A stretch of DNA of 61,791 nucleotides, counting the filler, from Basidiobolus ranarum (lineage: Eukaryota), in assembly GCA_040143965.1 (NCBI GenBank). It is 20 parts of 20 records of this genome, joined end to end, with 100 filler letters (N's around TTAATTAATTAA, not from the genome) between each part and the next. Parts side by side here need not be neighbours in the genome. Positions count along the whole stretch, not along the records: positions 12,431 to 15,434 come from JASJQH010009673.1; positions 15,535 to 18,536 come from JASJQH010009675.1; positions 18,637 to 21,637 come from JASJQH010009676.1; positions 21,738 to 24,737 come from JASJQH010009677.1; positions 24,838 to 27,835 come from JASJQH010009678.1; 15 more parts are not named here. The stretch is one strand, 5' to 3'. Positions 12,431 to 25,294 of the stretch are shown here, in pieces. Numbering within the stretch: position 1 is the stretch's first letter; every line of letters starts with the position of its first letter. Under the pieces are notes generated by a model. The model did not search any database, had not been told where the DNA came from, and worked only from the letters and a program-made list of their open reading frames with translations. Made by a program: the position numbers and the translations under genes.

Positions 12431-15400
12431 GTCCTTAACGCTGGTGGTGCATACGTCCCATTGGATCCTAGTAATCCAATTGAACGTAATGGATACATTG
12501 TCAGAGAAACACACTCTCAACTGGTGTTAACACTCGACCGCTATCAGCACTACTTTGAAGGCCCACAGCTGATTCTTCTTGATCACGATGAAAATCTCAC
12601 TGAAACATATTCAACTGAAAACCCGGTAGTCAGCGGACTTACACCATCTAATTTATGCTATATTCTGTTTACATCTGGCTCCACTGGAACTCCCAAGGGT
12701 GTCATGTTGGAGCACTCGTCAATTGTTAATTACATTCACGCGCATCAGAATTTCTGGAATCTCAAGTCTGATGATACTGTTCTACAATTTGCAAACTACA
12801 CATTCGATGCTTCGGTGATGGAAATCTTTGCAACACTGGCAGTAGGAGCCCGTGTGGCAGTTGTCCCCAAGGAAAGCATGCTTACAGATCTTGAAGGTAG
12901 CATCAACAAGATGAATGTAACATCAGCCCTACTGATGACTACTATTGCCAGCTATATCAATCCAGTTAAAGTTCCATGTATGAAACGATTGATGGTAGGT
13001 GGTGAGATGGTAACTACAGCAGTAAGAAATTCTTGGGCACCACACGTAGAATTAAGCAATGTTTATGGACCAACGGAATCAACAGTTATATGTTTGGCCA
13101 ATCCCAAGATAAATACCGAAACCTCTTGCAGTATTGTTGGAAAACCGATTGGAAACACCAAGATATACATACTAGACGCTGAGTTACGATCAGTTCCTGT
13201 TGGAGTAGTCGGTGAGCTTTGTTTATCTGGTCCTCAACTTGCTCGTGGTTACCTTAATCGACCAGAGCTTACGGAATCTACTTTTGTCGTAAATAGCAAC
13301 ATCGCTGACCGTATATACCGTACTGGAGACTTGGCTCGTTTTAGCGCAGATGGATCGATCGAGCTTATCGGTAGAAAGGACAACCAGATTAAACTTCATG
13401 GTTTGAGAATCGAATTGGGTGAGGTCGAACATGCCCTTAATGAGCATAGTCAGATCGGAAGAGCTTGTGCGATACCTCTTGTCACAGATACTAGCACTAA
13501 CCACAAAGCATTAGTTGCATTCCTTACATTCAGTGGTTTAGAGAGCGGTTCCTCCGAGGTCACATTGTTGAGTGATAAGAATGCTGAAGTAGCAGCAATC
13601 TACATAGAAGAAATCAAAGAGATTGCCAAGGAGAAGTTGCCGACATACATGATACCTAGTGTCTGGATTCCACTCAACAAAATGCCCTTGAACTCTGGTG
13701 AGAAGATAGATCGCAAGAAATTAGCTGCATTATTTGAAACGCTAGACACCATAACTATTAGTGAACTAGGTGCTAGTCATGGTGCAACCATTATTCAACC
13801 TACGACTGAGACTGAAAAGACGATTCAGAAGATATGGTCAGAAGTTCTAAAAATCCCTCAAGAAAGCATTAGTATGGACCATTCATTCAGACATCTTGGT
13901 GGAGATTCCATTCTGGCTATTCAAGTTTCCTCATTGTGCAGAAAGAACCAGATCCAAATTCCAGTGCAGAATATGTTGCAACAGCAAAATATATCTCAGC
14001 TCGCTGAACTGGTTCAATCAGAGGCTCAAGAGTGGTACAAGCCGGTGGAATGCAGTGAAGGCACTGTTGTCCTTTCACCCAATCATCATACGCTATTGGA
14101 GCTCAAGCAAGACAATATCAATCATTTCAACATAAGTTGGCTTTTCAAAATGCGCAATGCAATTGGAGTGGATAGTTTGACTACTGCTCTTCGCAAGCTA
14201 ATTGAGCATCATGATGTCCTACGCGCCCGCTTTTCCTGCGCAGATGATGAATGGCAAATGAGGATCTTACCAGCTGATGAAGTATTATTCAAAGTACATC
14301 ATGCTTTCGTCAATTCTGTTGAAGAGATAAAGACCCACGTCCATCAACTTCAACGGAGCCTTGATATTATATCTGGTCCATTGTTCCAATTCTCACTCTA
14401 CAATACATCGGATGGTCAACAGCTGATTTTCATGACAGTTCATCACTTCCTTCTTGACTTATTATCATGGCGGATCATCTGGGAAGATCTTGAACAGCTT
14501 CTTCAAGGGCAAGAATGTGGCTATAAGTCTTTATCGTTTATGCAATGGAGCCAGGTACTATACGATCATGCGCAAACATTGGACTTGACTTCATGGCCTG
14601 TGCAGCCAAAGCCTGAACCCATATGTACTGACCCGGAGCTTCTTGCTGGAAATACTATGGCTACAGTTCGTTCTTTACTCTTCAAGCTTGACGCATACTT
14701 TACGAAGTTAGCCAATAGACATTGCAATCCATCTGTTGGTGTAGAAATCTTGGATTTGTTAATCGCTTCATTGGCTCACTCCTACTGCTCTGTATTTGGC
14801 CGGAAATCCTTGACTGTTCAATTAGAGTTCCACGGTCGTCAATTCGGAGATAATCGTATAGATATTTCTAGAACCGTAGGATGGTTTACCAACGTATATC
14901 CAGTAGTTGTCTCAGTCGGAGAATATGATAGCGTTCTCGATACCCTTCGCCAAACTGTCTCACAAGTTGCCCAAATTCGTGGTAATGAAGCGACCTATGG
15001 TCTTTTACGGTATTTGAATGAACAAACTGCCCCTGCGTTTGAAAACGATCCACTTCAAGTATTCTTGGGATACTATCCACAATCTCTTAACAGAGATGGT
15101 CCAGACTCTCTCTTGCAAACGATTCCATCAGATTCCGAATATAGTTTCGACTTGGAGGCACTTCCATTGGAGTGGAAACGTCCCCAGGTATTCTCCTGCA
15201 TTTCTCAGATAGTTGGTGAACAACTTGAAGCTAGTATCAAGTACAGCGCCAATATATTCTCAGAATCTCTGGTGCAAAACTGGTTAGATTCTTGGGAAGA
15301 ATCTCTAATCGAAGCAGTTATTTCAATCTCCAATGAAAGAAATTATGCTGTTGAAGACGGCCCACCACGATACATCTCACCCCATGAGAGCGATGTGGTG

Positions 15401-15434
15401 TCTCTTCCTGGAAAGAGCGGAAAAGTTGTGACTC
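12431..15434 (+). CDS. Non-ribosomal peptide synthetase fragment: adenylation - thiolation - epimerization module
   Basis: A domain: AYVPLDP, YILFTSGSTGTPKG, YGPTE, GELCLSGPQLARGY, YRTGDL, KIDRKKL. T domain: LGGDSI. E domain: HHFLLDLLSW, EFHGR, RTVGWFT. Open across the whole contig. Confidence 0.95.
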
Positions 15435-15534
15435 NNNNNNNNNNNNNNNNNNNNNNNNNNNNNNNNNNNNNNNNNNNNTTAATTAATTAANNNNNNNNNN
15501 NNNNNNNNNNNNNNNNNNNNNNNNNNNNNNNNNN

Positions 15535-16844
15535 CTACCACCGGAATTATGATTGACTCAGATGTGTTACTTAAGTATAGATCAGCTCAATGTGCCAACA
15601 AAGCAGGAATTTACCAGAGTCTGCTCGTACTACCAGCGTTTCTACTGCCAACTGAAACACCCCCTCTGTATGTCAAATTTAAGTCCCTTGCAGAGCACCA
15701 TCGGAGACTACTCAGATGATATCCAACCTTGCTTGCTTGAGAGGTGTAAGTTTGATATAGTGTCTAGAAAGACTGTGCTATTTGAGCATAATCCAAATTT
15801 TGCACAGAGAACACATCCATTTACTGTGACAAAAGAAGGCAAAACTTGTCAGCTTACCCCAGCCAAAATGGAGTGTAAGATTTCCAATACCAGCCAGAAT
15901 GATAATATATCTGCCAGCAAGAGTCTGTTCAGCGCAGTTGTCAGGAAAAAACAAGCAATGTTTCTAATACTGTATTGCACAAAAAGAAGTCAAAGGATAC
16001 CCCAACTGCAATATTGGAATTAACGAATGAATTAGAAGATGTATTCCCATTGATATTGATGGAGCTTCCAGCTACCCAAGAAGTAGACCATGCTATTGTC
16101 ACAGGAGACAGTAAACTTGTGAGCATAACAACCTGCCACATGAGTGCCTTGGAGCTACAAGAAGTTTAAGAACATGCCTAATATATAAGGAGAGTACTTG
16201 AGAAACCCTAAGTAAACCAAAAGTATGTATGATTCAGCAATTGTGAATTCTTGACAGACTAAGGGGATTATCTAGGACAAATTGTGACAAGTTCAGGAGT
16301 TGCCACAAATCCAAGGAAAGTTGAAGTAATCGAGATTTGGAAATAGCCAATTACCTCATCAGAACTTAAGTCATTCTTAGGGATGGTTGCTATTACAGAT
16401 GATTTGTTAAAGGATTTGTCTCAATCTTTACCCCATTGTTTGAACTACTCAAGAAGGAAAGTGGCATCACTTGGAATTGTTGATGTGAAATTGCTCTCCA
16501 ATTCATGAACATTGACCTAGCTAAGTTACCTACCACAATATCATATATTTCAGCTGGCCATTCATTCTCACTACAGATGCCTCAGACAATGACATGGGAG
16601 GAGTTCTTTGCACAGTTCATGAAGATGTGGAATATCTAATTGAATTTGAGTTGAAGAAGATAAATTCGGCAGAACAGAACTATGCAGTTCTGGAAAGGGA
16701 GATACTTGCAAATATGTATTGTTTATAGTCTAGAGATGCAGGTTAGCAGTAGTATGGACTCTTGTGAAGGCAGACTATGCCTCTCTAAGATGTGTTAGAA
16801 CCTAAAAAGTGCTATCAAGAAGTATGACAAGATGGAGTGAATGC
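15535..16844 (+). mobile_element. Degenerate Ty3/Gypsy pol relic (protease end, RT, RNase H)
   Basis: Broken frames give IMIDS, YLGQIVTSSGVATNPRKV, ELKSFLG, TTDASD..GGVL and AEQNYAVLEREIL; many stops and frameshifts. Confidence 0.8.
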
Positions 16845-17197
16845 TGATAAAGGTTTTAAGGGGATTTGAAGTGTTTTGGACAAGATTTGGATTTGTGACT
16901 TAGACACTGAAGTTTTATTGAATTGAATATGTTGCATATATGGTTTAGTATGAAATTGGACTATTGGAAATGTTTAGATCATATCAAACATGCCTGCTAA
17001 GCATGCATGCATGGAAAGTTGAGGTGATTTGGAGAAGTTCTGAGAAAAAAATGAAAATTGATAAAAGTGGTCAGATCAATTTAGCTATCAATAAGAGCAA
17101 AAATACCCCTTTTTGAACAACAGAATTGAGTACTTAACAATTACAATATGGATACACTAACTACTAAATAATAAGTTGCTAGTAACCCATTTTAACA
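16845..17197 (-). repeat. 3' LTR of Copia family A (~353 bp, TG...CA)
   Basis: Reverse complement of 57892-58243; on the minus strand it follows a PPT-like TTGAGTGGCAA (17198-17208) and the Copia RNase H. Confidence 0.8.
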
Positions 17198-17229
17198 TTG
17201 CCACTCAATTGTTTATCTTGTATTACTCT

Positions 17230-18536
17230 TCAACCTAACTTATATTTTAATAATCTGTGTTGTGCTTTTGCTAAAGGTTTGGTTGAGATGCCAGCATTCA
17301 CTTCTTCAATAGTGTAATTAACCAGTTCAATGATAGCATTCTCTAGTGCTTCTCTAATAGAATGAGGACTAATATCAGTATGTTTTGTTCTAGCACAAAA
17401 TGTAGAGTTTTAAGTTATTAAATTATAACTTTAATTATCCTAAAATATAATAATAGCACATTTTTGCGTACATCCAAAGTTGGTAAATAACTTTCTTAAC
17501 TGCATAGCCTCTTGTGTAGTAGCAGAGCAGTGATATACTCTACTTCTGTAGTTGAAAGTGATATGGTTGGTTGCTTCTAACTATTTCAAGCTATGACTCC
17601 ATTACCAATGAGAGAAAATGTATCCTGTTGTTGATCTTCCAGTGTAAGGCTTCTCCCCCTATCTGCGCCATGGTAGCCTTCAAAATTCTATGCATCTGGA
17701 GTGCCAGAGTATTATAGAACTTAATCTATATTTCCACCTAGATACCTGCATGTTTATTGTACTGCAGTTTTGTGCTTGGATCTTGGATTTTTGAGAAATT
17801 GGCTGCCAGCTCCCACTGCCAAAGCAGTGTCTGGATGTATTCCAACCATTTTATAGATTGAACTATCTACCACCTGTCAATAAGGGAACTCTTAGCTCTG
17901 ATTTGAGTTATTTTGATCTATATAATATGAAGTTTTCAATAATTTCAAGTTGGAATCCATAGATTTTGATATAGGCATGCTATTCTCCATGTTGAGACAT
18001 TTTAGGTTGTCTAGGATACATCTAAACTGATTTAGCAAGTATTTATAATTGCATTTATCTCACTTGATTTTGATTCCATGAAAATTACTTGATTCACCCA
18101 TATCAGTCATGTGAATTGGCTTGATAAGCTGCATTTTGTCTGATTAAGTGCTTCCAGATCATTTGTGGCTATGATCCTGTCTTCCACATATGGTGCCAAG
18201 ACAAGGATGCTTGTTTTTGTGGGGCATCTGATTTTAATGTAGACTGCAGTAGAGACAGATTAGGTCCAATATTGGTATCTTACTCTTGATCATGCAACAT
18301 TGATCTTGCTATCTCCAACATATTTGTATTGACATATTTTGCAACTTCATTTTACAATAGAGCACAAGTAAGGTGATTTTTAGCTTAACACCTTGATTAA
18401 AACCATACTAGCAAAATTGTCAGAGCAGTATTCCCCACCATTATCAAGTGTATAGTACCTTTATTTATGCTGCAAAGCTCCTGAATCAGGAAACTATCTT
18501 TCTGAGTCTTCCTTAGTGATTACTGATAGGGCAGAC
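17230..18536 (-). mobile_element. Degenerate Ty1/Copia pol relic (RT/RNase H, with an integrase-like fragment)
   Basis: PYVEDRIIATN (YVDD-like), RSTTGY, KQP.ISLSTTEVEY and RTKHTDI; disrupted. Confidence 0.8.
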
Positions 18537-19081
18537 NNNNNNNNNNNNNNNNNNNNNNNNNNNNNNNNNNNNNNNNNNNNTTAATTAATTAANNNNNNNN
18601 NNNNNNNNNNNNNNNNNNNNNNNNNNNNNNNNNNNNGTTATTGATGAACTTGACAGAAGTTGGGGAAGGGGCATTAGACAAAAGTGGAAACAACTTTTGA
18701 CTCTACTTTGGAGAGAAAACTATAACTTCATGCCTTCAGAAGTCTGCAAGAAAATATACAACAAGACTCATGAGGATAAAAAGCATGGATTGAGAAATAG
18801 GAATTTTCATTTTGAGCCTCAACTTCAGAGGCAAGAGATGTTGTAATAGATATCTATCACTACTAAATGATATTTTCAAGCAACTATTGATGGAGGTTGC
18901 AGAGTTCAAAACCTGGAAGAAGATTGGACATCTGAGATCAATCTACTAAGACAGCAGTCTGTTACCATGCATGCCCCCACAAGACCAAGACAACGGGTGT
19001 TTGAGAGAGATAGTGAAGTTCTTACTGAGCTTGAAGAAGCCACAACAGTTGAACACAAAGTGTTTGAAAGCAACTAGTCAA

Positions 19082-19458
19082 TATTGGGAAAATATAGGCT
19101 GTTTGGAGGAACTTTCGAAATGTGGAGTTGTGAATAGCTTTGTGAGATAATTATGTACTTTCCAAAAATAAAGCATTAAAACATTTGGGGAAATTACACA
19201 AAACTAACACTGGGGTTGTGTTGAGAACATCTGTTGGAGTAAACTGAGCTATCTTTGGAGCAATTTGGACCAGTTTGAAATTTCTAATATAGAATTGCTA
19301 ATTTTCACATTATTCACATATATATATAGTATAAGTTCCAATTTTCAACTAGGTGATATTTGACTAAGTAATGTTAATTAACTTATATGTGATATATCAA
19401 ATAGCTAGGTGTATAAAGATAGAGATAACAAATATGATACAGACAATAAACTTCAATA
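19082..19458 (-). repeat. Solo LTR, family C (~377 bp), with 5-bp TSD GTCAA
   Basis: GTCAA at 19077-19081 and 19459-19463; homologous to 20524-20902 (inverted) and 24572-24737; the uninterrupted site is visible near 56750. Confidence 0.8.
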
Positions 19459-19463
19459 GTCAA

Positions 19464-20366
19464 AAGTTAAAGAGTCACTCAACAATGATACAAGACCTTC
19501 AGAATGCTGTACTTGAGCTACAGCAACATGCTGCTCCCTGTGTCCATTCTCATATGCAATATCAATCAATCCCACACCATACATATGAACATCACTGTGA
19601 CAATCTAGCAGAGCAGAATATGTGTTGGACCGTTAAGCCTACACAACAACCTGAAATTGCTTGGGCACAAGAAAGTAGATATTTCATAGGAAAACTGGCA
19701 AACCTAAAGACTCTGAATGTCAGAGCTGCCATCACTTGGTCTGATGATGAGGGGTTTAACACTTTGGAAACTGTGCAGAATCTTGGCCAAAATCACCTGT
19801 ATTTGAGCCAACTGTGGAAAAACAAAAAACCTGGCATTACTCTGAAGGTTTTTGACTTATTTCATATTGCTTATCCTGGGTTTTTGCAAGTTAATGGCAA
19901 TTGCACTAGTATAGGCCTATTCATGAAACATCTCAAAAATGTACTCAACTATGGACCTGGAAATAAAAGAAAAGCAGCTAAAGAAGTACTGAAGGAGCAG
20001 GAACTTAGTAAACCCAAGGGAAAAGCAAAGGAGCCAGTGAGTTTTTTGCTCTACTGTCCCACCTACCAAATTTGTCACACTTTTACAAAGATCCCCATTT
20101 CCAGAGTCAGATATACTGGCAAAAAGCTTAATTTCTCCATGGAACTGGATACAACAGTGGGAAGAGTGCTAAATTTGAAAGTTTATCCAACACCTGGCAC
20201 CTCTCAACAAGGCAAAACACCATCAATTAAAACTCACAGTTCTTCAACCTCAACTAGTACATTTCAAAGGGTTGAAATTAGCCCCAAACTTCAAGGCAAG
20301 CAAAAAGCCACACAAACACCACAAAGCACCTACAGTAGTATCACACTACAAGGACTTAAAAAATAG
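19464..20366 (+). mobile_element. ORF of an unclassified repeated element (first ~30 codons of ORF 19371 are LTR-derived)
   Basis: STMIQDLQN..ELQQHAAP recurs degraded at 56770-57000; CpG-poor and hit by LTR insertions. Confidence 0.5.
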
Positions 20367-20523
20367 CAAAAGTGCTTGAGGAGTATTTTCAAAAGTATGT
20401 AGAGAAAAACACAGTGCAAGTTTGCTGAAAGTGGCTTCAGATGAAAAACAGTCTACATGACACTCAGTCTGGCATTGTCTGTGCAGATATCTGGGAAGAA
20501 CTTAATACAGAGTGGTATAATAA

Positions 20524-20902
20524 TATTAAAGTTTATTGTCTTTATCATATTTGTTATCTCTATCTTTATACTCCTAACTACTTCATATATCACATATAAG
20601 TTAGTTAACATTACTTAGTCAAATATCATCTAGCTGAAAATCAGAACATACATTATATATATATGTGAATAATGTGAGAATTAGCAATTCCATATTGGAA
20701 ATTTCAAACTCACCCACATTGCCCCAAAAATAGCTCATTTTACTCCCACAGATGTTCTGAATGCAACCCCAGTGTTACTTTTCTGTATTTTCACCAAAAT
20801 GCATAAACGCTTTATTTCTGGATAATAAATAATTATATCCCAAAAGCTATTCACAACTTGACTTTTCTAAAGTTCCTCCAAACCGCCCATATTTTCCTAA
20901 TA
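20524..20902 (+). repeat. Solo LTR, family C, opposite orientation to 19082-19458
   Basis: Full-length reverse-complement match; flanks AATAA/AATAT (imperfect TSD). Confidence 0.75.
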
Positions 20903-23879
20903 AATATTGCAAGGTATCCACCAGATGGCTGGAAGCATGTTGATTCAGCAACATTAATACAGTGGTGGGCTTTGATGAAGATAGTGGTGCAAACTTGTGT
21001 TAGATATGAGCTACACTTTGGATATGAAGGACTCTATAAAAATATTCAGAATATATCAAAGAAACTACAAATCTTGATGGTGACAATTTAGCAATCAAGT
21101 GATAAATGTGCAAAATTTCGGTTACATTTTTGCACATGCATTGATCAGTAATTGTCTGAGATTATAGCCAATCATGTGCAACTATTTTGCAAGAACTTGA
21201 AGTTTCACTGCTGAAATTAAAAAAATTGATAAAAATCAAATTGTACTTTTTATAAAGGTAAGTAAATGGTTAGTCCCAAATGGGTTAAACTTGTGACAGT
21301 TTTCCCATGATAACATTGCTCAAATTGCTGTTTGGGGCAGCCAGCAAGGAAAACCTAATGCCTTATTGTGTAGAGCAAAATAACAGCCTAAAGAAGGGGA
21401 TTAGGCCTCAGGCCAACCCAATATTTGCTTACGGAAGCCCCACCAACTTCAAATTAGTGCAACTGCCCTTTCTTGGGCCAGTTCAAGCACATTCCATGAA
21501 GACATCTGGAAACTTCAATCTGAAGACCCACTGGTAATAGCAATCAAGAAAGCCTAGGAAACACCCAAAGGCCTCTCAGGCTTGAACTTGTACCACCATT
21601 TCTCTATCATCCACAATCTCTTGTTTTATAAGAAGCCNNNNNNNNNNNNNNNNNNNNNNNNNNNNNNNNNNNNNNNNNNNNTTAATTAATTAANNNNNNN
21701 NNNNNNNNNNNNNNNNNNNNNNNNNNNNNNNNNNNNNTTTCATGGCGTGGTAATTGATGTCTTTAGAGGGATACTGTTCCTTTATATACAAGTTCAGTAT
21801 GGCATGATTATCCTACGAAATCAAGCTGCACACATTTTGCATGCATCTGGAATTTGAAGTATAGCCATAAACGATTCGGAAATTATTCTTCGATTCTAGT
21901 TGAATGATCGTGGTTAGATCTAGATTTCTTACAATCGATCCCTAAGCAATGATCCGACTCCATACAGTTTATTTCGATTGAAAGTACGTCATAAAACTAA
22001 CTGTCAAGCATACATATCTTTATGTTCACTAAATCGTGTTAGATGAAATTCTAAAGATCGAGCGAATGGCCAATCTAATACCCCCTAACTTTTCAAACTC
22101 GTATTATTTGTAGAACTGAGTTTTAACGTACAGAATATGGCTTCGAACACGGAGGTAGCAAAAAACAATTATACATAAATCATATCTATCTCATGTAGTC
22201 GAGAGCGCATAATAGGAGACATCTATTTTTATACCTTCGAACTTGTAATTACAATATTCTCTACAGATCAGACTTCTACCTCAGTAGCACAGTAAGAATC
22301 GATACCTATTCTAATTATATTTGAAAGTCAAGTGTCAAACCTAAACTGGTGAGGATAATTATTGGCCTTTTGTAATTATGTGCCTTACTGTAAATATCAT
22401 CTTTCCAAATCGGGAATCCAGCGCCTGCATAATGATGACAAGACTCCACTTGACTCTGAAGTCCTTTAGCTGTACTCCTTAAAAATAATAATGTAGTTAA
22501 TGATATACATTTAGTCTTGAATTCCATGGAGTAATAGAAGGAAAAGGTGAACTAAATTCTAAATTCGCTTTCAGTCGATTTGTTGCATTAGCACATACTA
22601 TCAGGGTTTCAATCTAAAATTAGACAGTTGCAAAAAATAATTAGATAATCATAGAATAGCATTTAGACGAATGTCAACAGTAAAACTAGATGTATATTGA
22701 GAAATTTACATTTGGTAGAAATTTGCATCACATTAGTATAAAGCGAATCAAACAGAACCAACTTTTTTAACTAAGCTATCTTGTTTCTGGATCAATTGAT
22801 CATATCCACACATTGCATAGAATTGAGTCAACTTAGATCATGTTCAATGAAATCAATTAAGACTGATTATAGATTGAATCAAGTGTAAATGCGCTATGTG
22901 AGTCAATCAATAATCATATATGTATTGTATACACTTTGTAATAAATTGATTGGTCTTCTTTTTACAAATCACTTTGCTAAATTCTAACACACATGTCATC
23001 AACAAATTAATTGATCTTTACTCTAACCTACATGCTTCCTACTCTCTCTCTTTTGATTTTTTCCCCTTTATTGGACATACATAATTTGATACTAAACTAT
23101 GTCTGAAGAAGAAGCATTAGAGATAAATGGGGAACACACATGGACAGCCATACTTTTTTGTTCTTATATATTTTTTGCTTTTACAGGAAGCTGAAAAGAG
23201 CTCTTCTTCTTCACCAAGTGATAAGAGAAGAATGACTGTTACAATGCCAGTGTCTACCATTAAAATGAAAGAACAATACAGGCATGTATTAAAGAAGTGG
23301 GCTCATAGTATGAACAACCTTATGACCCACATATTTGCCTTTTCAAGATTTATCTCTACCAAAGACAACAAATTAGCTTGAAAGAACATGTAGCAGATAA
23401 TTATTTTGATGAAATCTCTTTGTCTCTTATTGATAAATTCCTATGAAAATCAACTTCAGATGACCCAGATCAGAAACTTATCATATCAACAGATTACCAT
23501 CAATGTTCCTTCACAATACCAGCAACTTGGATTTTTACTGCTTTGACACAGATACCTAATGGCTTTCTGAAAGGATTCATTTGGTTTTTTTTGTAAAAAA
23601 ATTTGGTAACATCTATTTAATCCTATTTACACAATCCTTGTTCTAGATCCTACATATTTCCAGCAAAATAATTTTGGCCTTAAGTATGCATATTCTTGGT
23701 ATATTCAGCCTTGAGAAGGCTTACCAATTTTATCACAATTATCCCAGCTATAATAAGAGTCAACAGATACAACAGATTATTGTTTACTTCAACCAAGGCA
23801 CAATTCTGATTAAGCTGCCATATCTCAAAAAATTTGGCACTATTCCCCCAAATACTCACTATGGCCAAATTGCTGAATA

Positions 23880-24500
23880 AACTTTGATATGATCCAGCCA
23901 TTTTTTGCATACCATGTGTCCAAGCAGTTTTATTGCTTTCATTGGAAATTTGAAGCACAAGACTGAGTGCAGCAGCTGCCATAACATTTTCATCCTTCCC
24001 TCTAGTAAACATTGCTCACATTCAGCATACATATCAGTAATACCCTCTAAAGATCATCATGAAATCACACAAATACATATTGCTTATACTGTACAGAGAT
24101 CAATATCAAGCAGCTGATCATATGTTTGATGTGTTTGATAGGCATCATTTTAAAGAGTTCTGTAGTAGGGGCTTTTTCAAATTATTCTTTAATTATGCAT
24201 TTTTCTTGGCTTCTGTGATTTTTCTCAAATTAAAAATACAATGGGCAAAGCCAGTTGGCCAGTGATTCTGCCCAAATTGAATCTATCACTAACTGAGTTA
24301 TACAATAGTCAAAATATCATGGTGCTCTCACTGATATCTGGCCCAAATTTCCCTTGGAATTTTGACAGTTTTTTAAAGCCACTAATGGATGATTTGCATC
24401 AACATTGCAATGGATTAGGTATGGAGAGCCAGATGGCTAATGGGTATATCAATATTTATGTTAATCATAGACCTCCACAGAATAAAATTGTGGGATTTTG
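23880..24500 (+). mobile_element. CACTA/En-Spm (Transposase_21-like) transposase relic
   Basis: MCPSSFIAFIG...ECSSC Cys motif and SWPVILPKLNL...NIMVLSLISGP..P..FDSFLKPLMDDL; frameshifted. Confidence 0.75.
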
Positions 24501-24571
24501 ATGACACAATGTAATGACATGCTCATGATTTTTTCAGATTCAAAGAGTGAAATCATCAGAAAACTCATATT

Positions 24572-24737
24572 TGTTGAAGTTTATTATCTTTATCATATTT
24601 GTTATCTCTATCTTTATATACCTAACTGTTTCATATACCACATATAAGTTAGTTACAATTACTTAGTCAAACATCACTTAACTGCAAATCAGAACATATG
24701 TAATATATATTTGTGAATAATGTGAGAATTAGAAATT
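24572..24737 (+). repeat. Partial LTR, family C (cut by the contig end)
   Basis: Starts TGTTGAAG and matches 20524-20700. Confidence 0.75.
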
Positions 24738-24837
24738 NNNNNNNNNNNNNNNNNNNNNNNNNNNNNNNNNNNNNNNNNNNNTTAATTAATTAANNNNNNN
24801 NNNNNNNNNNNNNNNNNNNNNNNNNNNNNNNNNNNNN

Positions 24838-25263
24838 TCCAATGCATTCCATTTCATCCACTAAAATAGTGACTATATTAATTAGTGATTTAATGTCTTC
24901 TCCTGGCTTCATCTCTGAGTTAAAGAATTGTCTTCTTAGAAACATCTTGTTGGAAGCAGAACTTGTTTGGTAGATGTCTTCCAAGGCTTACCATACCTTC
25001 TTGGCAGTTTTAGCTCTTGAATATTGAATTAGCTATTTGTTGTTAAAAGTAAGACAAATTATGTTAAAGGCACTTTGTTCTTTTTTAACCTGGAGTAAAG
25101 CTTTGGATTCAGATAGTTTTGTATTGTTTTCTTCTCCAACAACAGTGTCCCAAAGTCCCTTTTCTTGCATTAGCATTTTCATTTTAATTTTCTAAACTTG
25201 ACAATTGGTTCCATCCAATTTTTCAGAAGAGGGAAAAGTTCCATAGGTTTGAGAAGTAGACAT
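24838..25263 (-). mobile_element. Copia family B gag relic (Retrotran_gag_2/UBN2-like)
   Basis: MSTSQTYGTFPSSEKLDGTN..*KIKMKMLMQEKGLWDTV and SASNKMFLRRQFFNSEMKPGEDI; in-frame stops. Confidence 0.8.
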
Positions 25264-25281
25264 TACTGAGGGTGCAAGCCT

Positions 25282-25294
25282 GGGGCTCATAACC
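25282..25294 (-). promoter_or_regulatory. Copia primer-binding site GGTTATGAGCCCC (half-tRNA-iMet type)
   Basis: Directly follows the LTR-terminal CA and precedes gag; resembles the copia/Ty5-type PBS. Confidence 0.75.
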
